From Candidatus Latescibacterota bacterium (GTDB lineage: Bacteria > Latescibacterota > UBA2968 > GCA-2709665), in assembly GCA_965205485.1 (NCBI GenBank), contig OZ242180.1, positions 4,192,001 to 4,256,000 of the forward strand: a stretch of 64,000 nucleotides of DNA. The letters run 5' to 3'. The notes under the pieces are model-generated. The model was given only the letters and a program-made list of their open reading frames with translations, had not been told where the DNA came from and did not search any database. Every line of letters begins with the position of its first letter. Position 1 is the first letter of the stretch. Positions 29,057 to 37,561 of this stretch are shown one piece after another. The translations under genes were made by a program, and so were the position numbers.

Positions 29057-30022
29057 ATGCGGACGTTCACTGCACTCTTGCTGTTCCTTCTGGCGGGATC
29101 AATTGCGACGCCTGCCGCCTATGCCCAGGGCGGTGTCAGCTGACGGCGCCCCGTGCTTCCGGGCGGAAGCCTGATGAAGAACAGTCTGGCTGTACAGGAT
29201 CAGTTGAAGTTCAGCGTACATTACGATTACGAATTCCTGTCCGACCCCCACTACGGGTCTCGCGCCATACCGAACGTCAATCGCGAGCGAACGGATAATG
29301 CCACAACCACCGTGTTCGCCGCCCTCGGCGTTACCGGGCACATCGGTGTTGCGCTCGCCGTACCCTTCCGGTCAGTTACCAACGAAAAGGTACTGTTGCG
29401 CGGACAGAACCCCAATCAGTATGAGGGCGGGAAGTATGTCAGGCATGCTTCCGGTCTCGGCGATATCGTGGTTATGTTGAATTACGCCGTACCCTTCGCG
29501 GCGGGCTTTCCCGGGATGCATTTCGGCATTGGTTTGAAGCTGGCAAACGGATCCGTCGATGCCAAAGACCATTACGGTGAGCGTTTTGCCGACAACCTGC
29601 AGATCGGGTCGGGAAGTGTGGACCCCATACTCGCGCTCAATATACTCCATCGCTTTGAAAGCCTGACGGTTTCTGCAAGCGTGTTTACGCGCATCACCTC
29701 AAGACAGAACATCTACGGCTACAAATACGGAAACGAACTGCACGCAAGCCTTTCCCTGGAGTACGAGAGCGAAGGCTGGCTGTACGGCGGAGTGAGCCTG
29801 AAAAACCTGATCACCTCGAGGGACCGTTATCAGTTCGGCCAGATAACCAGAGAACGCGGAGGTAAGTGGATGTATCTTTCGCCCGAATTGGGGTTCAACG
29901 TACTGGACAATCTGAGCGTTGAATTTCACCTTCCCGTTGTCGTATTCCAGAACGTGAACGAGAGCCAGCTGACGTCGGACTATCTGGTCGAGCTGAGCAC
30001 GTCATATGTATTCTCGCTCTAG
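29057..30022 (+). CDS. Outer-membrane beta-barrel ('transporter'/MetA-pathway-like) with in-frame UGA at codon 29; putative selenoprotein
   Basis: GAGGA RBS and ATG 29057, signal peptide MRTFTALLLFLLAGSIATPAAYA|QGGVS, then TGA(29141) and RRP continuing in frame into the 29153-30022 ORF. Motifs SGLGD, LQIGSGSVD and YKYGNE; C-terminus SYVFSL. Confidence 0.75.
29144..29170 (+). promoter_or_regulatory. Putative bacterial SECIS element
   Basis: GCTTCC-GGGC-GGAAGC hairpin starting 11 nt after the UGA, with a G-first apical loop. Confidence 0.62.
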
Positions 30023-30032
30023 GCGATCCGGC

Positions 30033-31109
30033 ATGCACCGAATTGGAAAGAAAAGCGGCCGGTTCATTTTTTTTGTCCTGTGGGCAACCCTTTTTGCGGC
30101 GGGCTGCTCGCTCTATCTTGACGATGAAGAGCCTGAGCAGTTCTACGAGATCGAAGATTTCGAAATCCTCGAACTCGGTGTGAATATCTCCGATATGGTC
30201 GTGGATCCGAACCAGCCATATCTTTATCTGGCCGATTACGGAAACAACCGGATACTCCGTATCCACCTTGGCAGACAGATGGCAGTAGACGGGAGCCTTC
30301 AGGTTGGTTCCCACCCCGTCGACCTCGACATCACGCCGGACCAGGGCCGTCTGGTGGTGGGTTTGAACGGCGAATCGAACCTCAAGGTCATCGACCTGAA
30401 TTCATTCGCCATTGTCAAGACGGTTCCTTATTCGCTGAATGACATTTCCCACATCGTCTGCGGAACCGACTCGATCGTATATGTTTCCTCTCTGGATGAA
30501 CCGCTGCTTATCGCCGTATCGATTGTGGATAAACTCGAAACGAGCGGGAATGTGCGCTCCGGCGCACTTCAGATGAACCACGGAAACCGAAAACTGTTTG
30601 TTGCCGCCAGGAACAACGTGCTGAAATACGACGCTTCAGGACAGTTTCCCTCTACCGAGACCACCTCCACCCGATTCAGTTTCTCAGCCAGGATCAACGA
30701 TTTCGTCATTGGCCCCCTCAACGAGCATCTATATCTGGGTCTGGAGGATCCGGAGGACCGCAGCCACGTTAAGGACCTCTGGTCGTTCAGCGCCGACGAC
30801 CTGACCCTGACGGGGAAATACGAAATCAAGTCGGCCGCACTGGGGCTCGCGCTGAGCCGCGACGGCCGCCGTTTGTTCGTTGCACCTACCGACGCCGATG
30901 AAGCAGGCGTCTTTATAGTTGAATTCGATACGCAGACCAAACTGGAGAAGAACTACTTCCTTGCGGCAGGAAACCTCAGAGAACGAGGCATCGCCATCGA
31001 CAACAACGATGAGTATCTGTATCTGGCGGTGTACACGCCTGGAGATGACGATACCTTCGAACCCTACAATATCGATTCCTACGACCTGCAGCGAATCAGG
31101 ATAGATTGA
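30033..31109 (+). CDS. YncE/YVTN-like beta-propeller lipoprotein
   Basis: Lipobox AAGC; repeats such as VGSHPVDLDITPDQGRLVV, LALSRDGRRLFV and IAIDNNDEYLYL. Confidence 0.82.
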   Translation: MHRIGKKSGRFIFFVLWATLFAAGCSLYLDDEEPEQFYEIEDFEILELGVNISDMVVDPNQPYLYLADYGNNRILRIHLGRQMAVDGSLQVGSHPVDLDITPDQGRLVVGLNGESNLKVIDLNSFAIVKTVPYSLNDISHIVCGTDSIVYVSSLDEPLLIAVSIVDKLETSGNVRSGALQMNHGNRKLFVAARNNVLKYDASGQFPSTETTSTRFSFSARINDFVIGPLNEHLYLGLEDPEDRSHVKDLWSFSADDLTLTGKYEIKSAALGLALSRDGRRLFVAPTDADEAGVFIVEFDTQTKLEKNYFLAAGNLRERGIAIDNNDEYLYLAVYTPGDDDTFEPYNIDSYDLQRIRID

Positions 31110-31175
31110 CAGGCTTATGCCGTTGCGCGCCGGCGCAACGCTTTCGCGATGAATGTTTCGGAACGGTTCCCGCGA

Positions 31176-31904
31176 TCAGACGTCGCCCCCCTGAATTTCG
31201 CGAAAGTACCGGCACAGACGGGAGACGGGACACGCGCTGCAGGACGGATTCCTGGCGGTGCAGACTGTCTTCCCGAACTCAACCATGTTGATATGGAAAG
31301 ACCGGGCCTGGCCCTCCGGGATCAGAGGCGCGAGTTCCAGGTGTGCTCTTTCACGGCTGCATTTCGCTGAAACAACCCCCACCCGGCGAAGAACGCGATA
31401 TACATGGGTATCCACGGCGCACAGGTCGCGATCAAACGCAAAAGCAAGTACGATGTAGGCCGTCTTGATCCCGATGCCTCGATGTTCGGTCAACAGGGAT
31501 ACCGCGGTCTGAGTTGGCAGGTCCCGCAGGAAATCCAGGTTCAGGTTTCCGCGTTTTTTCTTCAGCCAACGCAGGAACGCCTGCATATTCGGGGCCTTTG
31601 AATTCACCAGTCCCGCCACCCTTATGGCGTCCTTCAGCTGTGCTTCGTCCGCGGCCATCACGTCGCCCCACTCCGGAAACCGCGCACGCATCCTGTCAAA
31701 AGCCCTGTCCCTGTTTTCGTCGTTCGTATTCTGGGACAGGATCGTCCGCATCAGTGCGTCGAGACCATCCGGCCGCGCGCGCTCAAGGTCCCATGAGGCT
31801 CCACCGAATGAACCGTCGAGTACGCCGGACATTTCAGCGATAACGGCGCCGCGTGTCTGAGGCAGCGGGCTTTCCCACCACGTCTCTATAGAACACATCG
31901 GCAT
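31176..31904 (-). CDS. nth: Endonuclease III-like HhH-GPD DNA glycosylase
   Basis: ILSQNT, GIGIKTA, VDTHVYRV and the CTARNPSCSACPVSRLC Fe-S motif. Confidence 0.88.
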   Translation of the reverse strand: MPMCSIETWWESPLPQTRGAVIAEMSGVLDGSFGGASWDLERARPDGLDALMRTILSQNTNDENRDRAFDRMRARFPEWGDVMAADEAQLKDAIRVAGLVNSKAPNMQAFLRWLKKKRGNLNLDFLRDLPTQTAVSLLTEHRGIGIKTAYIVLAFAFDRDLCAVDTHVYRVLRRVGVVSAKCSRERAHLELAPLIPEGQARSFHINMVEFGKTVCTARNPSCSACPVSRLCRYFREIQGGDV

Positions 31905-31950
31905 CTTCTCCGAAATGCCAGGATCTTCACTAAGAAGCTACTTAGAAAAT

Positions 31951-32100
31951 AACACGATAAACTGCGAAGAAACGAGACTACGAGAAACAAAAAGCGAAAC
32001 GGCGAAAAGACGAAAAACGAGACGACCGAAAACTAAACGCGAATAAACCGGAAAACGAAACGGCGAAAAACGAGACGACTGAAAACTAAATACGAAATCA
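31951..32100. repeat. A-rich low-complexity tract with an internal 27-bp direct repeat
   Basis: Hand count 79 A and 9 T in 150 nt; CGAAAAACGAGACGAC(C/T)GAAAACTAAA at 32011 and 32064. Confidence 0.85.
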
Positions 32101-32205
32101 GTGGCTGAGGTCAATTGCCACAAGAGGCCCAAAACCATAATGTTGTGCGTCCGCCTGGCGATGCAACGATTTTCATCACTATGGGTGCCCTATGCGGGGC
32201 GTGAC

Positions 32206-32227
32206 AACTGTTTTAAAATTACCGGTG
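32206..32227. repeat. Inverted right-end fragment of the MITE-like repeat
   Basis: Reverse complement CACCGGTAATTTTAAAACAGTT vs CACCGGTAATTTCAAAACAACT at 48328. Confidence 0.55.
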
Positions 32228-32379
32228 TTCGAATTCCGGCGCGATGCTTGACTTAAGCAATTTCGATACCGAAATTCTGAACGACCCGAGAAAGAACAAG
32301 ACCCGCACGGCCCACACCTTTTCGGGTACCTTGTGCCCGATGGTGTACCACCGTGTCCTCACCCGTCGAGCGTTCTTCG

Positions 32380-33729
32380 ATGCCGATCGACCTCCGGTTT
32401 CTGGATTCAGGCAAGGCCATCCGGGATCCCATCTGGGGACACATCCACATTCCCGAATACATGATCCCGCTGGTCGACGCCGAAGAATTCCAGCGTCTTC
32501 GTGACATCTCCCAGCTTGGCCACGTGCTCCTGGTGTATCCCGGGGCGCGCCATTCCCGGTTCGAGCACTCGCTGGGCGTCTTCCATATTGCAGGACAGTT
32601 TCTTCGCCGGCTTGTCCTGGCGGATCCGCCTCCGGACATCAATCTCGAAGACGCACGCGTTCTGCTGGCGGCCAGCCTGCTCCACGACATCGGCCACTAC
32701 CCGTTCTGCCACGTTTTCGAAGAAATGCAGATGTTTTTCGCCGACCACGAGGAACGCGGCCGCCAGATTATCCTGGATTCTTCCACGGAAGTCAACGCCG
32801 CACTGCAGAGGGCGGAGACGGACCCCCTTCGGGTGGCCAACGTGATCGACTACCGCAACAACAGCGTGGCGGTGCCCGATGCCGACCTGCGCCTGGCGCA
32901 TATTCTCAGCGGCACGCTGGATCCCGATAAGATCGATTACCTTCTTAGAGATGCGCGCTACTGCGGGGTGCCCTTCGGCGAATCCGTCAATCGCGACCGT
33001 TTATTGGGCTCGATCACGTTCGATCCGGGCGGACAGCGGCCCGCGATCACCTACAAGGGCGTCTCGGCGGTTGAAGCACTCATATTCACGAGTTATCTGA
33101 TGTATCGCAACGTCTACTGGCACCACGCCGTTCGTTCCGCCAACGCGATGTTCAAACGTGGGGTCCAGGATCTGCTGCTTCACCCGGAAACAAGCCTCGG
33201 CGAAGGAGACTTCAACCGGGCGACGGAAGCAGACCTGATTCATCGCCTGGAACTGGAGATGGATCGGTTGGGTATCGATCAGCGAAACAGCATGATCGGG
33301 CGTCTGAAACGCCGCAAACTCCACAAGGTTGCTCGAATCTTCTTCCCTCATGAGAGGGAAACGGGCCTGACTGCCAAACTCGAGAGGCTTTATTACCACC
33401 CGGTCGAACGGCGGCAGCTGGAAATCGATATGTGCGGAACGTTCGGCGCGAAAACCGGGCTCAGACTCAACGGCGACGAGATTCTGATCGATATCCCACG
33501 GCTCGGGAAGAGCCCCGAGGTCAACCTGAACGTCTACTTCGGATCCCACATCCCCCTTGACAAGGCCGACCCCCTCCGGTTCGACGATCCGGAAGTCTCT
33601 ATGCTCAAGGAGTACCTGATCGGCAACTTTGAGACGCAGGCAAAGGTCGTACGTGTCTTCTGCGACGACCGCCCGACGCTCAGAAAAGCACTTAAGGCGG
33701 AGGTGATCGACCACATCAAGTCGGCTTAG
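32380..33729 (+). CDS. HD-domain phosphohydrolase (SAMHD1/dNTP triphosphohydrolase-like)
   Basis: RDPIWGHI, FQRLRDISQLG, YPGARHSRFEHSLG, LLHDIGH, DPDKIDYLLRD, VYWHH. Confidence 0.88.
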   Translation: MPIDLRFLDSGKAIRDPIWGHIHIPEYMIPLVDAEEFQRLRDISQLGHVLLVYPGARHSRFEHSLGVFHIAGQFLRRLVLADPPPDINLEDARVLLAASLLHDIGHYPFCHVFEEMQMFFADHEERGRQIILDSSTEVNAALQRAETDPLRVANVIDYRNNSVAVPDADLRLAHILSGTLDPDKIDYLLRDARYCGVPFGESVNRDRLLGSITFDPGGQRPAITYKGVSAVEALIFTSYLMYRNVYWHHAVRSANAMFKRGVQDLLLHPETSLGEGDFNRATEADLIHRLELEMDRLGIDQRNSMIGRLKRRKLHKVARIFFPHERETGLTAKLERLYYHPVERRQLEIDMCGTFGAKTGLRLNGDEILIDIPRLGKSPEVNLNVYFGSHIPLDKADPLRFDDPEVSMLKEYLIGNFETQAKVVRVFCDDRPTLRKALKAEVIDHIKSA

Positions 33730-33857
33730 CGAAAGTTGCGCCTCCAGTTTAGCCTTGACACAAACCGGCAAAAGTTCTTAATATTCAGACTGCCAGGCTA
33801 AAGTTCAGACGCAAACTGTCTCTTAGCGGAAAATACCGATCAGGAAAGGCGCCGTCT

Positions 33858-34832
33858 ATGTGGAAGAGAAAACTGACGCTGATGGTCATACCCCACAATA
33901 GAGATCAGATGCGCCAGGTCAGGGCCTCTCGCCCCACCGTTTGGGGGCTTGGGGCCGGTTTGCTGTTTGGGTGTCTTGCCCTCGCCGTCGTCTTCTATGC
34001 ATTGGGCTATTTCGTAAACCGACATCAGGAGGCGAATCTCCTGGCGTTGACGTCCGAGAATTCCGTGCTCAGGAATCAAGTCAGCCGGCTGCAGCAAAAA
34101 GTGGAAGGATTGCGGAAAGACGTAAACGACCTTACCGATATGGACCGAATGTTCCGCAACTGGGTCAATCTGTCCGAACCGGGCGACGAGGTGCGGAAGA
34201 TGGGCGTGGGCGGATACGGCACGAGTGCGCCGGAGTGGGAAGGCCGGGTAACCGGAGACATCGGCGAGAGGTTGACGAGGGCAAATACCGATGTGGACCA
34301 GCTCTTGCGAGAAGCCCGTTTTCTCGAAGCCAGTTTCGAGCATATCCGCTCAATCCTCGATCAGAACGAGATCGCGCGCCTGCATACCCCTTCTATTCTT
34401 CCGGTACCCCCGGAGTCCGGATGCTGGATTTCTTCGGGATTCGGCTATCGGACCAATCCCTTTACCGGCGCCAGGCAGTTTCATAAAGGAATCGACATTG
34501 CCGGTCGGTCCGGCACGAAAATTCTGGCCACGGCCAACGGCCGGGTGGAGTCCGTCGGCAAAGACAGGTATCTCGGCTGGTATATATCGGTCGACCACGG
34601 CATGGACTACCGGACGCTGTACGCCCATCTCTTGAAGAAACCGTCGCTTGGCGTGGGTCAGGTCGTGAAACGCGGGCAGGTGGTTGGCAGAATGGGAAGA
34701 TCCGGGCGTGCGACGGCGCCGCATCTGCATTATGCCGTGACGAAGAGGAACGGGGACGAGGAACACCCGATGAATCCGCGAAAATTCATTCACAACCAAG
34801 AGAACCGGAGGCATCGTCTGACGCGATTCTAG
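33858..34832 (+). CDS. M23 family peptidoglycan endopeptidase
   Basis: N-terminal TM and coiled coil; SSGFGYRTNPF, HKGIDIA, YAHL, PHLHY. Confidence 0.92.
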   Translation: MWKRKLTLMVIPHNRDQMRQVRASRPTVWGLGAGLLFGCLALAVVFYALGYFVNRHQEANLLALTSENSVLRNQVSRLQQKVEGLRKDVNDLTDMDRMFRNWVNLSEPGDEVRKMGVGGYGTSAPEWEGRVTGDIGERLTRANTDVDQLLREARFLEASFEHIRSILDQNEIARLHTPSILPVPPESGCWISSGFGYRTNPFTGARQFHKGIDIAGRSGTKILATANGRVESVGKDRYLGWYISVDHGMDYRTLYAHLLKKPSLGVGQVVKRGQVVGRMGRSGRATAPHLHYAVTKRNGDEEHPMNPRKFIHNQENRRHRLTRF

Positions 34833-34857
34833 GGCTTTGCTCCAGTGTGAATCCCAT

Positions 34858-34887
34858 AAAAGGACGCATCGACGCTGCGTCCTTTTT
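34858..34887. terminator. Bidirectional terminator
   Basis: AAAAGGACGCA-7 nt-TGCGTCCTTTTT between convergent genes. Confidence 0.8.
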
Positions 34888-34914
34888 CTCATGGCGGGCC
34901 AGGCGCCCGGCCAT

Positions 34915-35985
34915 CTACCTTCGGGTCCGGATCAGAAGGACCGCGGCCAGACTCGAAAACAGGAAATTGGCGGCCCACGCGCTTGGAAATGGCGGCAGGA
35001 TTCCGTTCCAGCCCATGACCCGGCCTGCCTGAATGCTGCCATAATAGACAAACGAGATGAGCAGACAGATTCCTACAAGAAGAGGCTTGCCCGCGCGCCG
35101 GGTACGGGAAGAGAGTGAAATACCGAATAGTGCCATGACAAACCCGGTGAATGGAAACGAAACGCGCATGTAACGCGTGACCTGTACACGAACGACGTCA
35201 TCGCCCATTCGCCGCTTCCGCTGTATGAGCGCGGTGAGTTCGGAAAAACTCAGTTCATCCGCAGAACGAACGTCCCGGCTGAGATCTTCGGGTGTGAGGG
35301 TGACATGGCGCGCCGGCATTGACATGAACCGGGTTACCCGTTCTCCACTGCCTTCCGAAAACCTTCTCACTTCGCCACGCAGAAACGTCCATCCCCCGCT
35401 TTGCCACCGCATTTCCTCCGCACGCAACTTTTCGACCAGGCGCATCCCCTTATACCTGTCCAGCGTCACCTGCTCCCCACGCGCTTCATTGCGGAAATAG
35501 GTGCCAACGGAGAGAATCTGTCCGTCGACGTCCTGAAGGACAACCTGGGACACGATAGGTGTAAAGACGGCCCGACGGTTGCCCTCGACAATCGCCGCAC
35601 GTTTACGGTTTGCCCCGGGCATGATCCGGTCGGTCAGAAAGAACGAAGCAGTACACACGAAGAGAGCGGCCCCCAGAACGGGGGCCGCGATGCTGTAGAG
35701 AGAGATGCCCGCGGATTTCATGGCGGCAAGTTCGCCGAAGCGCGCGAGATTGCCAAAACAGAAAAGGCTGGCCAGCAACATCGCCATCGGCAAGATAAGG
35801 ATGCCCATATAGGGAGTGGAGAGCGCGTAGTACAGGAGTATCGTGCCGCCGTTCACGCCGCTGTCTATAAAGCCGCTGAGCCTGCCGGCGAGGTCCACAA
35901 CGACGAAAACGGCCAGAAATCCTGAAAAACACAGAGCCAGGTATACGAGGAACTGTTTCTGTACGTATCGACTCAGGATGCGCAA
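34915..35985 (-). CDS. lptG: LPS export permease LptG
   Basis: TTG start after a GGGGGAG RBS (MRILSRY), ELAAMKSAGIS, 3 TM + periplasmic domain + 3 TM, WAAN. Confidence 0.85.
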   Translation of the reverse strand: MRILSRYVQKQFLVYLALCFSGFLAVFVVVDLAGRLSGFIDSGVNGGTILLYYALSTPYMGILILPMAMLLASLFCFGNLARFGELAAMKSAGISLYSIAAPVLGAALFVCTASFFLTDRIMPGANRKRAAIVEGNRRAVFTPIVSQVVLQDVDGQILSVGTYFRNEARGEQVTLDRYKGMRLVEKLRAEEMRWQSGGWTFLRGEVRRFSEGSGERVTRFMSMPARHVTLTPEDLSRDVRSADELSFSELTALIQRKRRMGDDVVRVQVTRYMRVSFPFTGFVMALFGISLSSRTRRAGKPLLVGICLLISFVYYGSIQAGRVMGWNGILPPFPSAWAANFLFSSLAAVLLIRTRR

Positions 35986-37271
35986 GGTCTCCCCCTCGAC
36001 CGACCGAAACGCCACCCGAGCACCGTTCCGAATACGAGCCATGAACCGCTGGCGAGTACGATGAAATTGGGGCTCCACATGGCAACCCACGGCGAAACAA
36101 ATCCGCGATCGGCCAGCGTCTCCCCGCTGATCAGACAGAGCCACCAGAGAAGAAAGAACCCGATGCTGATTCCTGCCCCGACAGCCGGACTGCTCCCCCG
36201 TACCCGGATCCCGAGCGGGGCGCCAATGACAACGAAGACAATACATGCAACGGGAATCGAGATTTTTTTGTGGATCTCTACCCGGTACCGATCCGCCTGA
36301 CGAAGTTTGTGACTTCCAATCGCGGCGTCGGTTCGCAGTTTCATGGCCAGATCCGTGACGACTCCAAAGGGCCGGCGTTCGGTACCGGGCCCGAAAAGCA
36401 GCCGCCCCAGAGCGGCGCCTGCACTGTCAGCAGCTTCGGCCTGCAATGCGGACGCATCCCGCTGGTACCCTTTGACCTTTTCCATCATCGCATCCAATCC
36501 CATCTCCCTGTCCGTCCGGTAGTGCGACATGGTGCGAATGAGTTGCCGGCCGGCTTCACCGAGGCGCAGGTTTTTTCTCTTGAAACGCGCTCTGATATAG
36601 ACGCCTGGGTCGGCCCTGTCCACCCGATGCCATTCACCGTTCTCCAGCGTCACCAGCGCCTCGTCACTCTCGCTGTCAATTCGAACCCGGCCGGTTTCGG
36701 CCGCAATGGATACCGGATACCCGCCCGCTTCGTACTTGTAAATCAGGATATCCTTGAGAATCGAAGTCCGGCTGTCGATATCACCGATAAGAATCCTGTA
36801 ATTCGCGAAATCCTGAATGAAGATACCGCTCCGATCCTCCAGAGCCACCGTGGGGCGCTTTCGCTGAATGTCTCCCATCAACAAACGCGCCCGATAGTTG
36901 AATTCAGGCAGTACCCGGTCGTTGAAGACAACCAGCCCGATCGCGAGCGTTGTACCGGTCAGGAATACCGGCAGTATCACGCGGTAGACGCCGATTCCAA
37001 GCGCCTGCACGGCCGAAATCTCCCCGTCGGCGCTGAGCCGGCCGAAGGCCATCAGCGTGGCGACAAGTACCGCCATTGGGACTGCCAGAGCAATCATCCA
37101 CGCGGTATTCAACAGAAACAGCTCCAGGACGACACCCGGTGCGATGCCCTTTCCAAGTATCAGGTCCATCTTCTGCAGGATGAGGTCAACGACCAGGAGA
37201 AACATGATCACGGAGAAACCGAACGCAAACGGCACGACATGCTCTCTCAACACGTACCTGGACAGCACCAT
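35973..37271 (-). CDS. lptF: LPS export permease LptF
   Basis: LSRYVLRE, FGRLSADGEISA, EIHKKISIP, WSPN. Confidence 0.88.
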   Translation of the reverse strand: MVLSRYVLREHVVPFAFGFSVIMFLLVVDLILQKMDLILGKGIAPGVVLELFLLNTAWMIALAVPMAVLVATLMAFGRLSADGEISAVQALGIGVYRVILPVFLTGTTLAIGLVVFNDRVLPEFNYRARLLMGDIQRKRPTVALEDRSGIFIQDFANYRILIGDIDSRTSILKDILIYKYEAGGYPVSIAAETGRVRIDSESDEALVTLENGEWHRVDRADPGVYIRARFKRKNLRLGEAGRQLIRTMSHYRTDREMGLDAMMEKVKGYQRDASALQAEAADSAGAALGRLLFGPGTERRPFGVVTDLAMKLRTDAAIGSHKLRQADRYRVEIHKKISIPVACIVFVVIGAPLGIRVRGSSPAVGAGISIGFFLLWWLCLISGETLADRGFVSPWVAMWSPNFIVLASGSWLVFGTVLGWRFGRSRGRPCAS

Positions 37272-37464
37272 GCCCCATCTCCATGGAACCGTGTGTTTTC
37301 AAAAGAGTTAAAGATCATGACACGCAACGACGCAAGAATATACCTGAATTTCCCTCATTCGGTAGCTCTTTCTGGACCCATCACCTGTCCGGCATGTCTA
37401 TTTTTCTCCTTAAATAACTGTTTTTTAATTTCTTATCTATGAATTATCCCGTTCGGGTTTTCCC

Positions 37465-37493
37465 TTGATCTTTATCACGGGGTTCGGTATTAT
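37465..37493 (+). promoter_or_regulatory. Promoter upstream of the sprA-like gene
   Basis: TTGATC-17 nt-TATTAT in an AT-rich divergent intergenic region. Confidence 0.5.
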
Positions 37494-37561
37494 TAGTTTG
37501 ACTCCGTACTCCTGACCACGACGTGCCGGGCCGTCCTCGACCAAGCCGTTCCTATTCACGC

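Noticed and set aside
29153..30022. ORF-track start at GTG 29153 as an independent gene
   Set aside because: It has no RBS or signal peptide, and the in-frame upstream segment supplies both.
31951..32100. CRISPR array
   Set aside because: Only two repeat copies, a low-complexity spacer and no cas genes.
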